DNA of 56,905 nucleotides, counting the filler, from Sluysia triapertura (lineage: Eukaryota): the NCBI GenBank assembly GCA_046118255.1. It is 4 parts of 4 records of this genome, joined end to end, with 100 filler letters (N's around TTAATTAATTAA, not from the genome) between each part and the next. Parts side by side here need not be neighbours in the genome. Positions count along the whole stretch, not along the records: positions 1 to 15,494 come from JBJNIA010226682.1; positions 15,595 to 31,667 come from JBJNIA010211254.1; 2 more parts are not named here. One strand, 5' to 3'. Positions 11,314 through 24,057 of this stretch are shown here, one piece after another. The notes under the pieces are model-generated. The model was not told where the DNA came from. It searched no databases and saw only the letters and a program-made list of their open reading frames with translations. A program made the position numbers and the translations under genes. Numbering within the stretch: the stretch's first letter is position 1; each line of letters starts with the position of its first letter.

Positions 11314-14300
11314 TTTCCATACTCTTGGAAATATTTAAATAATTCTTTTATAAATCCTCTTCTCAATTACTTAGTATACTTCAAAAAGATTTTATCATTG
11401 TATTGTCAAATGAATATTATGAATCTTTTGTTTTATAAATTTGTAATTTTAAACGTTTCTTGAAGTCTTTTTATTATGTTAAGTTAACTCTAAACTGTAC
11501 TAATAAACTAAAAAGTCACTTAAAAATAATGAAAGAATTTATTAAATACAAAAATTGTTGATTAATAATGGTAAAAGTAAATATAATAATAAAGATACAC
11601 GATTATAATTCAAAGAAATAATTTCTTTAATTCTTTTAAACAATATTTTAAAGATATATTAATCTAGGTTTAATACTTGGATTGTTAAAAGTTAATTAAG
11701 ATTTTAAGTAGGAATTTAACACTAAAAATATCAGAGCGTTGAAACTTAGTCATTATTATCTTACTTTATAAATATTATAAATTATGATGATTTTTTTATT
11801 GTCTGGAATGTTCTCGATATTAATGTATTTTCCAAGTCGCGATGTAATGTCGGTTTTGAACAGAAAACTGCTTCCAAAAATGAATCTTTTGAATTTCCAT
11901 TGACCACTAGATATATATCTTCCTTGAAATAACTTAACGTGAAAAATCTTTGAAACCAAAATTTGCGTGACTTGTTCTTTCGCGTTCTTTTTATATGTTT
12001 TTTCTATTGCAACGTTATATTCCAGCAATTACAAATAACATAAATTATTATTTAATCTAGTGAATGTATATATAAATTATCAAATAAAAATTTGATGTGA
12101 AATAAGTTTGTTTTTTTATACTAGTAATAAAATATATAATAAAATTCGGTGAATTATTGTAAATCCATTTGTACTGATTAAAACAGAACTATTTAATTAA
12201 AATAGAAATATTCAACTTGTTATTTTATTTTAAAAATACTAAAATACATCTCATTATTTATTAAATACATTATTTACACTTAAGAATACTTTATAATTTA
12301 TAATACTTAAAAATTCAATACATTATTTACTGTGAAATTATTTATAATACATTATTTACAATGATAAATTTATTAACATTGATGATTAATCATTAGTTAA
12401 TCGTTATTTTATGACTATTTTATACGAACATAAAATATGATAAAATATGACAACATGAAACAAGTATTACACAATTAAGAGCTCCTCCACAGAATTTAAA
12501 GATAAAATTATGATGAATTTTTGCTTGTTATTATGAAGTGTTATCGTAAACTCAAATCTTAGCAATTAATTCCACTCATTACTCAATTGGAATATATATT
12601 TAACTTGAGTTTAATAAAATTCCTTATTCCTTATCCTCGTACTTTTGATTTTGAAATCCTTTTTAAAGAGGATTTTAAAAAATGATTTTTTGCACGTACT
12701 TAAACCTATGTGAAACAATTCATAAGAGCAATTTATTATAAGAAGTTGAAGCTATATAATTTGGCTTTTATATTTTAAATCCAATACACTTTACAACAAG
12801 GAACAATGTATACGTATGAGCTAAAGGTAGCAAATAATTTTGACAATTTAAAATTCGCTTTAAATTGAAGATTAGATATTTTTATTGATTCTAATGACCT
12901 TAAAGGTCTTCAAAATTTACAAAGTAAATATGAGTGTACTTTATTAAATAGAGCTAACTTCAAAACATAAAACTAATTATATTTATGATATTATAAATTA
13001 TATTTATCCTAGTATTTTTTGTTTCTTTATTGCTTCAAAATATATCGATCTTTTCAAGTTCGGGAGATAAGTAAAAGTAATAGTTTGTGGAAAATAATTG
13101 TTTTCGAAATTGTTAACCACAATATTCGTATTGTAAGTGTGCAGGAACAAGCAACAGGCCTAGAAATACAAAATAAAATTATCACTAATAATAGCAATAA
13201 TAAGTATGACAATCTGCTGTTTGCTAAAATGAAATAATTCATATAAAATGTGAATAATCTGTTATTCCTAACTATTCGATATCTTAAAAATGATAAGTAA
13301 TTAATTATCTGTAAAAAAACCCAAATAAAAATATGTAAAAAAGAAATATGTAAAAATGCAACATTAACGACAAATTGAAATAATTTCTATTTATTTGGTA
13401 TTCCTAAAAATCATCGAATTTCGAATATATAAAAGGATCGGAATTTACAAAACAGGAGTAACGTTGAAAGTCACTCATTTTTGAAGTTGTTGATCAGTCT
13501 ATTGTCAAAGATTTTTTGATTTCTCGCTGCGGAACCAATATTCGTAAGTTATTTTTCTTTTGTTTTTATCTCTTTTTAACTGGAGATATAAAATACGCGT
13601 AAATTACCTTATTTTTTCAACTCTAGTTTAGGCTAGAAACAAAATCTTTTTAAAAATCAAAAATTCATATTAGAATATATTTCTAGTAACAATTTCCTTG
13701 TGCATATCTATATATTTACTTATGTATTTATTTCATCTGTAATAAATAAAATGTATTCTACACAGTTTTCTAATATACCTTGATAGTTTTTGTTTCTGAA
13801 TTATTATTTTAACTCAAATTAGAAGTAACGTGATCGAGTAAACGTTGTAATAAGTTACAAACTAACGGTTTACGTCTGCTATTAAGTTATTTAAAGAAGA
13901 AGCATAATTAACAAAGTTCTACGAGTGGACCCTAGGAATAAAATATCTATTTGCACTGTAGGAAAGTGAATCAAATATTGTAACATAAAACCAGTACAGT
14001 GTCTTGCGATTTCTAAAAATTCGTTAACTGAAAAATACGTAATAATTGTGAAAGAATTTGTAATGTTACTATGGCCATTAGCTTATTGAATTTATTAAAT
14101 TTATAGAATTTTTTAAGAATTTTAAAATATAACATTTATGATACAATTTATTTTTAAATTGACTAATTTAAAAATAAATTTATTAAAAGAAAAATAACAA
14201 AATTCCCTAAATCTATTCATCATTAAGTTTACTACATAAATTAATGTTACTTCTTCCAAAATATGCCATGTGAAATATTTGTATGTTCCGAAATCTAAAA

Positions 14301-14349
14301 TAAAATACATAAATAATAAAAATTTGTTATGAGATTTATAAATTTTTAC

Positions 14350-14739
14350 TTTATTCGAATCAGAATCGTTGATATCACACAAGAATTTTGTCTTCAGGCC
14401 AATTTCTTTATTGATCAAATTATTCGCCACACTGAACAGTAGTTGTTCCAATCTGCTTCTATGTGATGTTGGAAAGCTGTCGGAGAGTATTGGTTCTTGA
14501 AGTTGGCTGATTGTGTGTAGCTCCAAAGTCCGTTCTGATTGGATTCGATAATTATGAACAACATGAGTAACCTTTGTTGATTCGAAGGCTTGTGTACATT
14601 GTGTATCCTCAGGATAACTTAAAATATTATTTTGATGGTCAGTGTTTGTCTCGTGCATCGAATCCAGCACCATTCTGTCTTTATTTGATTGTTTTATCTT
14701 TTCAATCATGATTACTTTTGAAACTTTATCATATAGCAT
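14350..14739 (-). CDS. Putative coding exon, unknown product
   Basis: About 130 open codons with higher GC than the flanks, ending at AAA|GTAAAA donor; no family recognised. Confidence 0.35.
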
Positions 14740-15412
14740 ACGATTAGAGATGTGCGAACAAATATTATAATTGATTAGTACTGTTCAAGTTTTCTCTTAA
14801 TTTAATAACTTAACAATTATAATTTTTATAACCTATTGGGTTCGCCAATAATTTAAGATTTATTTCCTACGGAAGACTTAATTATTGGTTTTTTGGATGA
14901 TGAATGTTTCTACGTAAAAGTTGTCCTTACACTTGTGTATAGAGGGTCCTTTAATAATTCAAGGTTGCTAGATTATTAACAAATATTTTATTTAATTCCC
15001 AACCGATTTCTTGTTAATTTCGTTAATTAAATAAATAAAGACTAGCACTTATTGTACTCTATGAATATTTTATTTTTAAATATACAAAAGTAGATTACAC
15101 AATTAAAGATATATAAATGAATGAGAGATGTATAAAAATATACAAAGAAATAATAATATAAATAATAAAATTAGATAACTATTAAGATTTTCACTTAATG
15201 TTTATTATGAAATTTTAAAATTATTTTGACCCAGAGTTAATCTTTGGGTTGTTGAAAAAATTGATATGAGTTTACGTAGATTTTGATATAGTTTAATACT
15301 ATATAAACTTATAAAAAATAGCTTACAATATTTTCTTTTGAAATTGAATTCTCCAAAACAAATATATTATTTGACCAAAAATTCTCGAGCACGGTGTTTC
15401 AAAACTTTGCCG

Positions 15413-15494
15413 AATAAATAATTTCTTTAACCAATAAATAATTTCTTCAACCAATGGATAATTTCTTTAACCAATAAATAATTTCTTCAACCAA
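15413..15494. repeat. 20-bp minisatellite, at least 4 copies, running into the gap
   Basis: AATAAATAATTTCTT(T/C)AACC repeated. Confidence 0.9.
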
Positions 15495-15594
15495 NNNNNN
15501 NNNNNNNNNNNNNNNNNNNNNNNNNNNNNNNNNNNNNNTTAATTAATTAANNNNNNNNNNNNNNNNNNNNNNNNNNNNNNNNNNNNNNNNNNNN
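15495..15594. other. Assembly spacer (N44-TTAATTAATTAA-N44)
   Basis: 100-nt linker with stops in all six frames, identical at three places. Confidence 0.97.
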
Positions 15595-15668
<74 letters not shown>

Positions 15669-15669
15669 T
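15595..15669. repeat. (AAT)n microsatellite
   Basis: Directly visible. Confidence 0.97.
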
Positions 15670-15905
15670 GTTGAGTTTGCTTGAAGGTAAAGAGGAACAC
15701 AAAGGTTATAACTCAAGGGTATAAAAATGAAATAAGCATCATTGAGGAATCAAGATAGAGTATTGCGATGAATTGTGAAAATAAAATAAGTGTATAAATA
15801 TTTAAATCAAAAGAAAAGAAAGAAATATACAAAAAACAAACTTTTGTAAGGTTATTATTATTACTTTATTTTTATTATTTTATTACTGTTAACCCTGGAA
15901 TTTTT

Positions 15906-15920
15906 TTACAGATTTGGTAT
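15906..15920 (+). mobile_element. Possible LTR 3' end plus PBS remnant
   Basis: TTACA-GATT-TGGTAT; same CA-GAWT-TGGT layout as 19733-19742. Confidence 0.35.
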
Positions 15921-16729
15921 TGTATGTACAGTGATTTATAACTTTGAATTTGTATATTTAGGATATATTATTGTAAAGAATAGTAATTAATACAAGATAT
16001 GTACTGAGACTTTATTGAGGGCGTTATTCTAATTACAGCATTTTCAAAAAGAATAATAATTAGCATTTTAATTCTAAACTTAACGAATTTAATAAACGAT
16101 TTAACTTTCTTTAAAATTGAAAATAATTTAAACAATATATTTAAATTAAAAACAAATTTAATTTATTTTTAAAAAAAGGGATCAAAAATATATGAGAATT
16201 TGTTAAATTTCATAAATAGTGTAGTGTTTTATTATAATCAAATCTTGGTAGTGGTATGACAGTTTCTTTTAAAATTTCGAGTTACGGTTTAGTTAATGTG
16301 AGATCTAGTCCGCCTACTTTAGCATAAATGATTATTAAACAAAAACGATCAGATCTCGATTAATTGCATCTTAATATTGCAGATATAGAAGTTTGAGTTA
16401 AATTGTGCAAAAATAATTTCATAATGTTAGACGGCGACGAAACATTAGTATATGCGATATCATCTACTAAAAATGATTCTGCTAATTTCTGCTAACTGAA
16501 ATGCTGAAATGCTTGAAATTCTTAACATTTATCTTTAATTTATTACTTGTGTTGATACAAAATTATTGACGTATGCAGAATTACTTATTTTTAATATTTG
16601 TAATTAGAAATTTTTGTGATCGTTTTATAAATATCATTTCGAGTAATTATTTTGAACAATTATTTTTATTCTGGACAATTATTAACAGTATTGTGAGAAA
16701 AGTAAAGTAAAGAAATAGAATAAAAAGCC

Positions 16730-17460
16730 TACCTTAAAGTGAGTTCACCAACGTACTTGGCTTACCTGTTAGGGCCAGCCGTTGGATTTTCTAACAATTT
16801 TTTGAAATAAATGGAGGTTATAATAACTGTTTGTGCTGTAATTTTATATAAACTCTTAATACTAAATTTATTACTTATACAGAATATTTAATTCAATATA
16901 TTTTAATAAGGTTCCTAAATTGAACCTTTACAAATTATGGAATGATTTTAATACTTTAATGATTTTAAAACCTTTAAAAACTTTTGGAGAATTTTGTTAA
17001 GTGATTTTAATGAGGTTCGTAATAGAACCTATAATGTTAATTATAATAAAATTAAAATAAATGTATTACCAAAAACTTTATACAAAATAATTGTATACAA
17101 ATTAGTAAAATAATAATAATATATTTTAAATAGGATTGTAAAAATTAATCCACTGTTAAAATTTTTAAATGATGAAATTTAATCAGCTACCCTGAAATGG
17201 TAGCGCAATAGAAACTTAATTTTAAGTTAAATATTAATCAAGCAATTTTAAAGATTGCGGGAAACTTAACACAAAAACCTAACGATAATGTAAGTCTTAA
17301 TGCAAGCAGGTTGTAAGCGGATCCTGATTCTTCAAAAAACTGTTAAATAACTCGAAGCAGTTGTGAATTATACAAAGAATTGTAAAGAATTACAAAAACT
17401 GTGTGTAAAATTTTGTGAGTTTATGTATGTTTATATACCTTAAAATGTGACCTTGTGGCC
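16730..17460 (-). repeat. Dispersed family C, copy 1: minus-strand promoter plus spliced leader-like exon
   Basis: 16761-16790 is 28/30 identical to 53976-54005 and ends in a GTAAG donor on the minus strand; TATA and TGACCTTG at 17430-17455. Confidence 0.6.
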
Positions 17461-19738
17461 ACTATATTTTAAAACAAATTAAAGAAAATAATAATAAATT
17501 AAAGATTTAAAAATAGTGAATAATAAATATTTTCCCTTACAAAAAAGTTAAAAAATAAAATTAAAGTTATAACAATTAATATTAATAAAAATTTTTAAAA
17601 ATTAAAGATTAATATTAAATATATGCAAAAATCTTTTTAGAAATTAAAAAATCATAAATTATTCCAACTAAATTTTTTCGAATAAAATAAATAAATTAAT
17701 ATGAAATAAACTTTGATTTACAACATAATTAAATTTAAATAGTTTTATTTAACACATATGAATAATAGTTAATTTTCATTTGTATTTACAATTTTATATT
17801 TGTATTTACAAGTTTATGAATAATAGTTATTTACAAAGTTTATATAAAGTTTATTTAACAGACTATTATAAACGTTATTGTTAATTTCGTCATTTTAATC
17901 ATTTTAGTACTGCTTAATAGAGATTTATAATACTAATTTGTAATTGAATTTTATTTAACCAGTAAATTGTGTTGTTATTGATTTGATTTTCAAGAGCTTA
18001 ATTTTGGGGTGAATAATTATTGATATTAAATAAGAGAATTATTGAAAATTTATATTTGATCTAGTGAATACTTAAATAATTGAAATTCTTTTTAAGGTAA
18101 TTAAATTATTTTAAATAATTTAATAATTTTTTAAAGATAAACAATACCCTTAATAAAAGGAAAAAATACATACATATATGAAATAGTCACACATCTTCCA
18201 CAGCATCAGAACATGTGTCGTCACTATAATCTCGTAAGAGTAGTAATATTCATCATAATCAGATGCAGTTTCACTATTATTAAGTTCATCGTTTACCGGT
18301 AAATCATTATTCAGATCAGACTGAAATGAAAATAAATTATACTGTTTATAATTATACTGTTGCTTTTAGTTTTCTTCAAAACCAACTTGATCTGCAATAA
18401 ATTATACATTGTTTTACCTTAGCTTCTTTAAATGCCTTTATAACACGCTTGTAATCATTTAATAAACTTTTATAATAATAGGGTAAACATAAATAAGAAA
18501 TAATATTGTTAAAATCATTAGACGTAAACGTGTGGCATGGCACGCCTTCTTGACATAATAGAAGTAGTAAGTCTATTGTCCAAACATTAAAAATCATCCT
18601 CAATCCCACTGAAATCTTTGTGACACTTTTTGAATAATTAAGTTTGGAATATGATCCAATTGTTAAGTTGTAAAATATAAACTTGTAATTTTGATCATAA
18701 ATATTATTAAATATTATTGAATATTATTAATAATAATATTCAAAGAATATTAAAAATATTATAATTTATTATTTGTAAAAATAAATATTTAGTAAACTAA
18801 AATTAAAAAAATTAAAATTAATGAAATACATTTGTTTTAATAACTTAAAATAATATTTATAAATTTTTGTTTAAATATATTAATATTATTTCTATTAAAC
18901 AATGGTAGCCATAATTGAAATTCTTCATCTTTATGAATGAGAATTTCCAATATGTCAACCAAATTTGTTACCAATCGTCGATTAAGAAAATCTGCAGCTA
19001 CTCAACTTCTTTCATAAGGATATAAGTTGACTAGGCGACCCCTAACATTTAATATTACTACTTTTGCCAGTTAGCAAAAGTTAAAAAACACAATAAATTA
19101 ACGCAATGGAATGAAAAAGTAATCTTATGCTAGTGTTGGGTTGAGTTCATTAAGTTCAAATTAACATGAAATATTTATGTTTTAATATTTATTTTACATA
19201 AGTTTTAAGTAAGTTATAACCCTAATTTTGATAAAAGTTAAGTTTATAAGTACGATTTTCTTGCGATTTTATTGAATTAAATGTATCTTTTTGAAGTTCA
19301 TCTAAGTTGTTTATAAGTTTTCTTGAATTGATAAGTAGAGTTTATAAGTTTTTTGATATTTTGTTAAGTTTTATACGATTTTTATACGATCTTTAACATT
19401 ACCCCACTAAGTTTTACATTAGTTTTGATAATAAGTCTAAGTTTCACACTTTATTAGATAAGTTATATAAGTTTTAAGTTTGATTATAAGTTTATTTCAT
19501 TGTTATTAAGTTTAAGTTTATTGATAAAAGCTTCCCCGATTAAGTTTCGTAAGATTTTAATAAGTTTAGCTGAATTTTATTAAGTTTTTCTTATTTAAGT
19601 TTAAGATGTTTGATTCCTATTTGAGTTTTTACCATTTTGGATTATTATTTAAGTTATTAAGTTTTGATATTATGATATTTTGATATCTTTATTTTGATAA
19701 GTTATAAGTTTATATTTAAGTTTTTAAGTCTTCAGAAT

Positions 19739-19746
19739 TGGTGCAT
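19739..19746 (+). promoter_or_regulatory. Candidate primer-binding site (tRNA-Gly-like)
   Basis: TGGTGCAT, 4 nt after CA, complementary to a tRNA ending ATGCA-CCA; only 8 nt match. Confidence 0.45.
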
Positions 19747-19803
19747 GAAGTTTAATTTACTAAGAAAAAGAAAAATCGTAGAAGAAATCATTCTTTAAAT
19801 AAG

Positions 19804-21114
19804 ATGTCTTTACCTATAGAAGAATTTAGAGACTGTATGTCTCAATTTGCTAAGGATATTAGACTTGCTATGGTTTTTTCCCCAATTAAGAAAATTTTAC
19901 GGTGCAGAGGAAGAACTCTGTGACTTTCTTTTTGAATATGATAGTGTTGTAGAGGCAAATGGCTGGACTGAAATTGAAAAAATTAAGCGTATACAAAACT
20001 TATTAACTTGAGTTTCAATCCAGACTTATAAGGAGATAGATAACAATTATAAGCAAAACTGGCAAGAGTTTGTAAATGCCTTCACTGAAGAAATAGCTCT
20101 CGACGATATAGGTAAGTATTACAATAAGATGCTTGATGTAAGAAGACAAAAGAGTAAGGAAACTGTATATGAATTTGAATGCGCATTAAAGTCTTTAGTA
20201 TCTGGAGCTAAAATTCCTGATGATAAAAAGGAAAATGTTTTCATTGATAAGTTAAAAATGGCCTGCGCTCAGAGTTAAGAGCGTATGTAAGTCTAATTGA
20301 TGATTTACCTTTTAGAGATATTGTTAAAAAAATAAGGGGCATCGAGAAATCTCTTGCCGAAGAAAAAGATAATATAAGTTACGTAAGTGATAACGAATAT
20401 AACTATAAAAATAGAAATTTTAAGAAAATGGTGTCCCAAAGATTGGAGCGTAAGAACTTTAATTTTAGTGATAGATATGATAATCATTTAGATTATAAAG
20501 TAAATAATTATAATTCTACTAATCCTAATTTTAGAGGATATAATTCTAATTACAGAGGTAACAATTTTAATAGAGGAAATAATTTTAGATTAAATAGAGC
20601 TCTAAGTTATGATGATTCGCGAGGAGTTAAAAATAATTTTAGAGAAGATAACTCTCCAGCCTTTAGAAATGATAATAATTTTGGTTTTAGAAGTAATAAT
20701 AAAACTTCAGGCTTTAGTGGTTACTTACAAATACCTGCACCGAGTTGGCCAAGTTCGGCTGGTGAATATTTTGATCGACAAAATAATAGTCATAACACTC
20801 GAAATATGAGTCTTGCTAAGTTTAATGATAATAATAACTATAAGGCTCAGACAAACACAGAAGAGAATGTAATATGTAGTAACTGTGGTAAGCGAGGTCA
20901 CTATACTAGAAATTGTAGTAAATTAAGGGCTGAAAATTTTATTCAAAATCTCACCAACATGCAAATCTATTCGAAAGGGATAAGTTTTGATAGAAAAGTA
21001 AGATTTAATGACGCTAAGAATAGGAGTAAGGGACAAATAAATTATAATTATAATAAAATGCGAAATAATTATGACGAAGAAATGCACCTAGAATATGATT
21101 CTAAAGAAGAGTGA
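19804..21114 (+). pseudogene. gag: Retrotransposon Gag (capsid, Asn/Gly/Arg-rich region, CCHC zinc knuckle), frameshifted
   Basis: FYG..ELCDFL/FEYDSVVEANGWTEIEKI, WQEFVNAF and RRQKSKETVYEF (major-homology-like); CSNCGKRGHYTRNC at 20875-20916. Confidence 0.88.
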
Positions 21115-21578
21115 CAGAATATAATAAAAGACTGAATATAATTTGTTAATGAGTTCTCTAGAATAAAATTAGACGGTGATGATGATGATGAAGTTGACGA
21201 TAGATATAATAGACAAAAAGAAGAAGAATATGCATTTATAAATTAAATGTACGAGTATTATCTTGAATATTTAAAAAGAAAACAAGAGTTGAAAGATAAA
21301 GAGTTAGAAAAGGAGAAAGTGAATAATAAAAATCAAATAGATGGCAATAGTGACAATTCGAGTTTAACATCAGATGAAAATACCGACACCGATTCGATTA
21401 CCAGCGAGGAAATACAACGGATGTGGAATCAACAACAAGCCAATATCTCGAAACAAATTCAACAATTAGTGAAGATGAAGGCTCAAATTCAAGTGAAATT
21501 AGTAATTCGAATATAAGCAATGAATTTAATATAGAAAGCGAAAGTGAACCGGAACCAATAATAGTATCTGTTAATTAG

Positions 21579-21932
21579 GAGAATAAAGCAAATATACTAA
21601 AATTAACTGCAAATAAAGAACTTAATGCATTCATTTCATGTTTAAATAAGGACCGACTAAATGCAGAATATATCGAAATTAATTTAGAAAACTTATATAA
21701 ATTTGACCTAAGTCTACAAGATGGTCATAAAATTAAGTCTATTTTAGTCGAGTTTAGTAAAGATAAAAGTCCTCATAAAATTAAAGCAAGAAGACTATTA
21801 AAGAAGATTGCACTGATGGAGCGGAAGGAAACACCAAAAACCTTAATGAATATTAAACTATTAATTAATGATTCCATAAATATAGTAATGGAACTATCTG
21901 TCACTACGATAGTTAATTATAGAGTTAATTAA
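21579..21932 (+). pseudogene. Open stretch with TFIIS-N / LEDGF integrase-binding-domain-like helical pattern
   Basis: 117 open codons not in the ORF track; FISCLNKDRLNAEYIEINLENLYKFDLSLQDGHK...IKARRLLKKI; manual alignment only. Confidence 0.35.
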
Positions 21933-22320
21933 ACTGAATGACTCGAATACTATGGTTGTCAGTTTATATTTTAATGATAGAAATCTGACGTCCGATGATT
22001 TTTTAAATGATTATGGTTACCCTCTTGGAATTCATGATGATGTATTAAAAGCTACTATCGTTTATGATACAACCCTTAGTTATTCTCCTCCCAGTAATGT
22101 TAATATGGATATGGATATAAATGATAATAATGTTAAGAATAATGTTATTACTGATACAGATAATGTACAACCAGATTATTAAATGCCAACCCACATGTAG
22201 AGACGTTAATTAAGGAAACGAATACTCTCAAGAGACCAAGAAAAGAAGAGTATAGTGATCAGTTAGCAACTTCTCATTTAATTAATAGAAATAATGTAAA
22301 TTTAACCAAACTACTTTTGA

Positions 22321-22849
22321 TGGAGGAAAACTGAATTAAATATAACAAGTTTAGTTTACGCACTTTTGTCGGATAGGTTTAATAATTTTGATAAGTATAA
22401 AATATTGTTACCTAAGATTCAGGATTATAGAAATGTAATTATACAATTAACGCAACAATTAGAGGAAAATTATAGGGATAATGATATAAGTGAGTATATA
22501 GACACGGGGCAACATAAGTTAGAAAATAAGTAAACAGATTAATGCTGGATTCAATAGAGAAAAGCTTAAAATCATTATTGCCTATATATTGTTCCCATGC
22601 GATAAAGCGAAACTTCTTACTAAGGAGAGAGGAGACATGATAATAATAATTTTCATAGACAAAATACTTAAGTTATGGATTGAAAAGCAAGGCGGTTGGA
22701 AGAATATAATTAAAGCAAACTTTAAAGAAACTCTCAATAGGTTCACAAATTTATTAGGAAATAATGATAACCTATTGAATAATATATTGCCTAGATTAGG
22801 TAATTCGACAAATAATATGTTATTCGTAATTAAGGTGACAGATATTTAG
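22321..22849 (+). pseudogene. Bcl-2-family-like protein (one frameshift near 22522)
   Basis: BH4-like NITSLVYALLSDRF, BH3-like VIIQLTQQLEENY, BH1-like AGFNREKLKIIIAYILF and BH2 LKLWIEKQGGW, in canonical order and plausible spacing. Confidence 0.68.
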
Positions 22850-22871
22850 ATGGGCAAAGCGGGACAACTCT

Positions 22872-22885
22872 GAAGGAGGGGGAAG
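22872..22885 (+). promoter_or_regulatory. Polypurine tract
   Basis: GAAGGAGGGGGAAG preceded by CGGGAC. Confidence 0.7.
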
Positions 22886-23149
22886 TATCAGCAAAAATTT
22901 TCATACAGAATAAAAATAATATTGTAATGTTGTTATTTTTAACATAAGACTTACCTTAATTTTCTATGGTAAGTAGAATATTTGTAATATTTATTTGTTT
23001 AATTAGCTTGCTAGCATGCAGTACGAACACGAAGTGCATCATTTGAGAGACAAATGCAATGTAACTCGGTAGCAAAAGCAATATGTTAGTCGTAGGATTC
23101 TTAGAACGCAAAACAATGATTTTCATAAATATAAAATTTAACTTAATTC

Positions 23150-23217
23150 TAAAAGTTGGGACTTTTGAAAAACGTCGCGGGACAAATTGTGAAAAATCGG
23201 GACGTCTGGTCACCTTA
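23150..23217 (-). mobile_element. hAT (Blackjack-type) terminal inverted repeat
   Basis: Reverse complement TAAGGTGACCAGACGTCCCGATTTT with three subterminal GTCCC motifs, like the TAGGGTGACCA..GTCCCG ends of hAT-Blackjack elements; partner end not found. Confidence 0.65.
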
Positions 23218-23999
23218 AGTTTCATTAAATATTAACGTTGATTAAATTCTGCACGGATGCTTTTCGTCATCTACTGTAAATGAAGATGTAAAGATTAAAT
23301 TTTAGTTATTACATCAAAGATAAGTATTTATTATTTAATATGTCACATAGTTGGAATGGTGAACTGTATTGCAAATCTAAATTATTATTACGTATTTACG
23401 AATAATTTAATTATATTATTAATAATGTATTCATTTGTAGATACACTTTACACAACTTCGAGAAATGGAAAATCTACATACTGAAAGATTATCAGAAAAT
23501 GGGCAAGTTATAGTTGATAAGGTAATCAAAGGAGAATTTGATGAAGCAAAACTAAACAAATTTAAAAATGTTAGAATAATTATTGCTTTTTTCAGTTAAT
23601 TTAATTCAATTTAGTATAATTGTGTGCTGCACAAAAAACATTAAAACCGATCTACGTTAATGAATAACACGTTTTATGTTTAAAAACCACTGACTATAAA
23701 TCATTCAGAAATAACCATATCGTCCTCTTGCATTTATGGAGTTTTCATTTAACTGAATTTCATTCGTTTAAGTAATTCTCATGGATATTGTGCAGCAAAT
23801 AAGAAATGCTTTGATAATGCTAATAATATCTTGGAAGATTGTTTGAAAGTGAATCACAATCAGAATCTTTTTATAACAGTCATAGTAAGAATGATTTGAC
23901 TATGAAAGTATTGTAATTTACAGCTAATTGTGCCTTACATACAGAAGTACATGTTAAAGAATATATTGAACACCTTCTCAAGCCATTAATTGACTTTTA

Positions 24000-24057
24000 T
24001 TAGGTATCCTTATCGGCTATTTTATTTTAGGAGGTCTTAAATTAAAATCACCCTGTA
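24000..24057 (-). mobile_element. Tc1/mariner-type terminus
   Basis: Reverse complement TA-CAGGGTGATTTT..., i.e. TA target plus CAGGGTG TIR start; single end only. Confidence 0.45.

Larger units (their letters stand above)
19134..22885 (+). mobile_element. Non-autonomous Ty3/gypsy-like LTR retroelement (PBS-gag-cargo-PPT, no pol)
   Basis: Candidate 5' LTR 19134-19734 (TG...CA), TGG-start PBS at 19739, gag with CCHC knuckle, PPT 22872-22885; no protease, RT or integrase motifs seen; no matching 3' LTR. Confidence 0.75.

Noticed and set aside
11756-12028. KFKRFIFGSSFLFKTD resembling gypsy RNase H
   Set aside because: Single short motif with no flanking RNase H or RT motifs.
15539-15550. TTAATTAATTAA palindrome inside N runs
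   Set aside because: Artificial six-frame-stop contig linker; adjacency across these spacers is not reliable.
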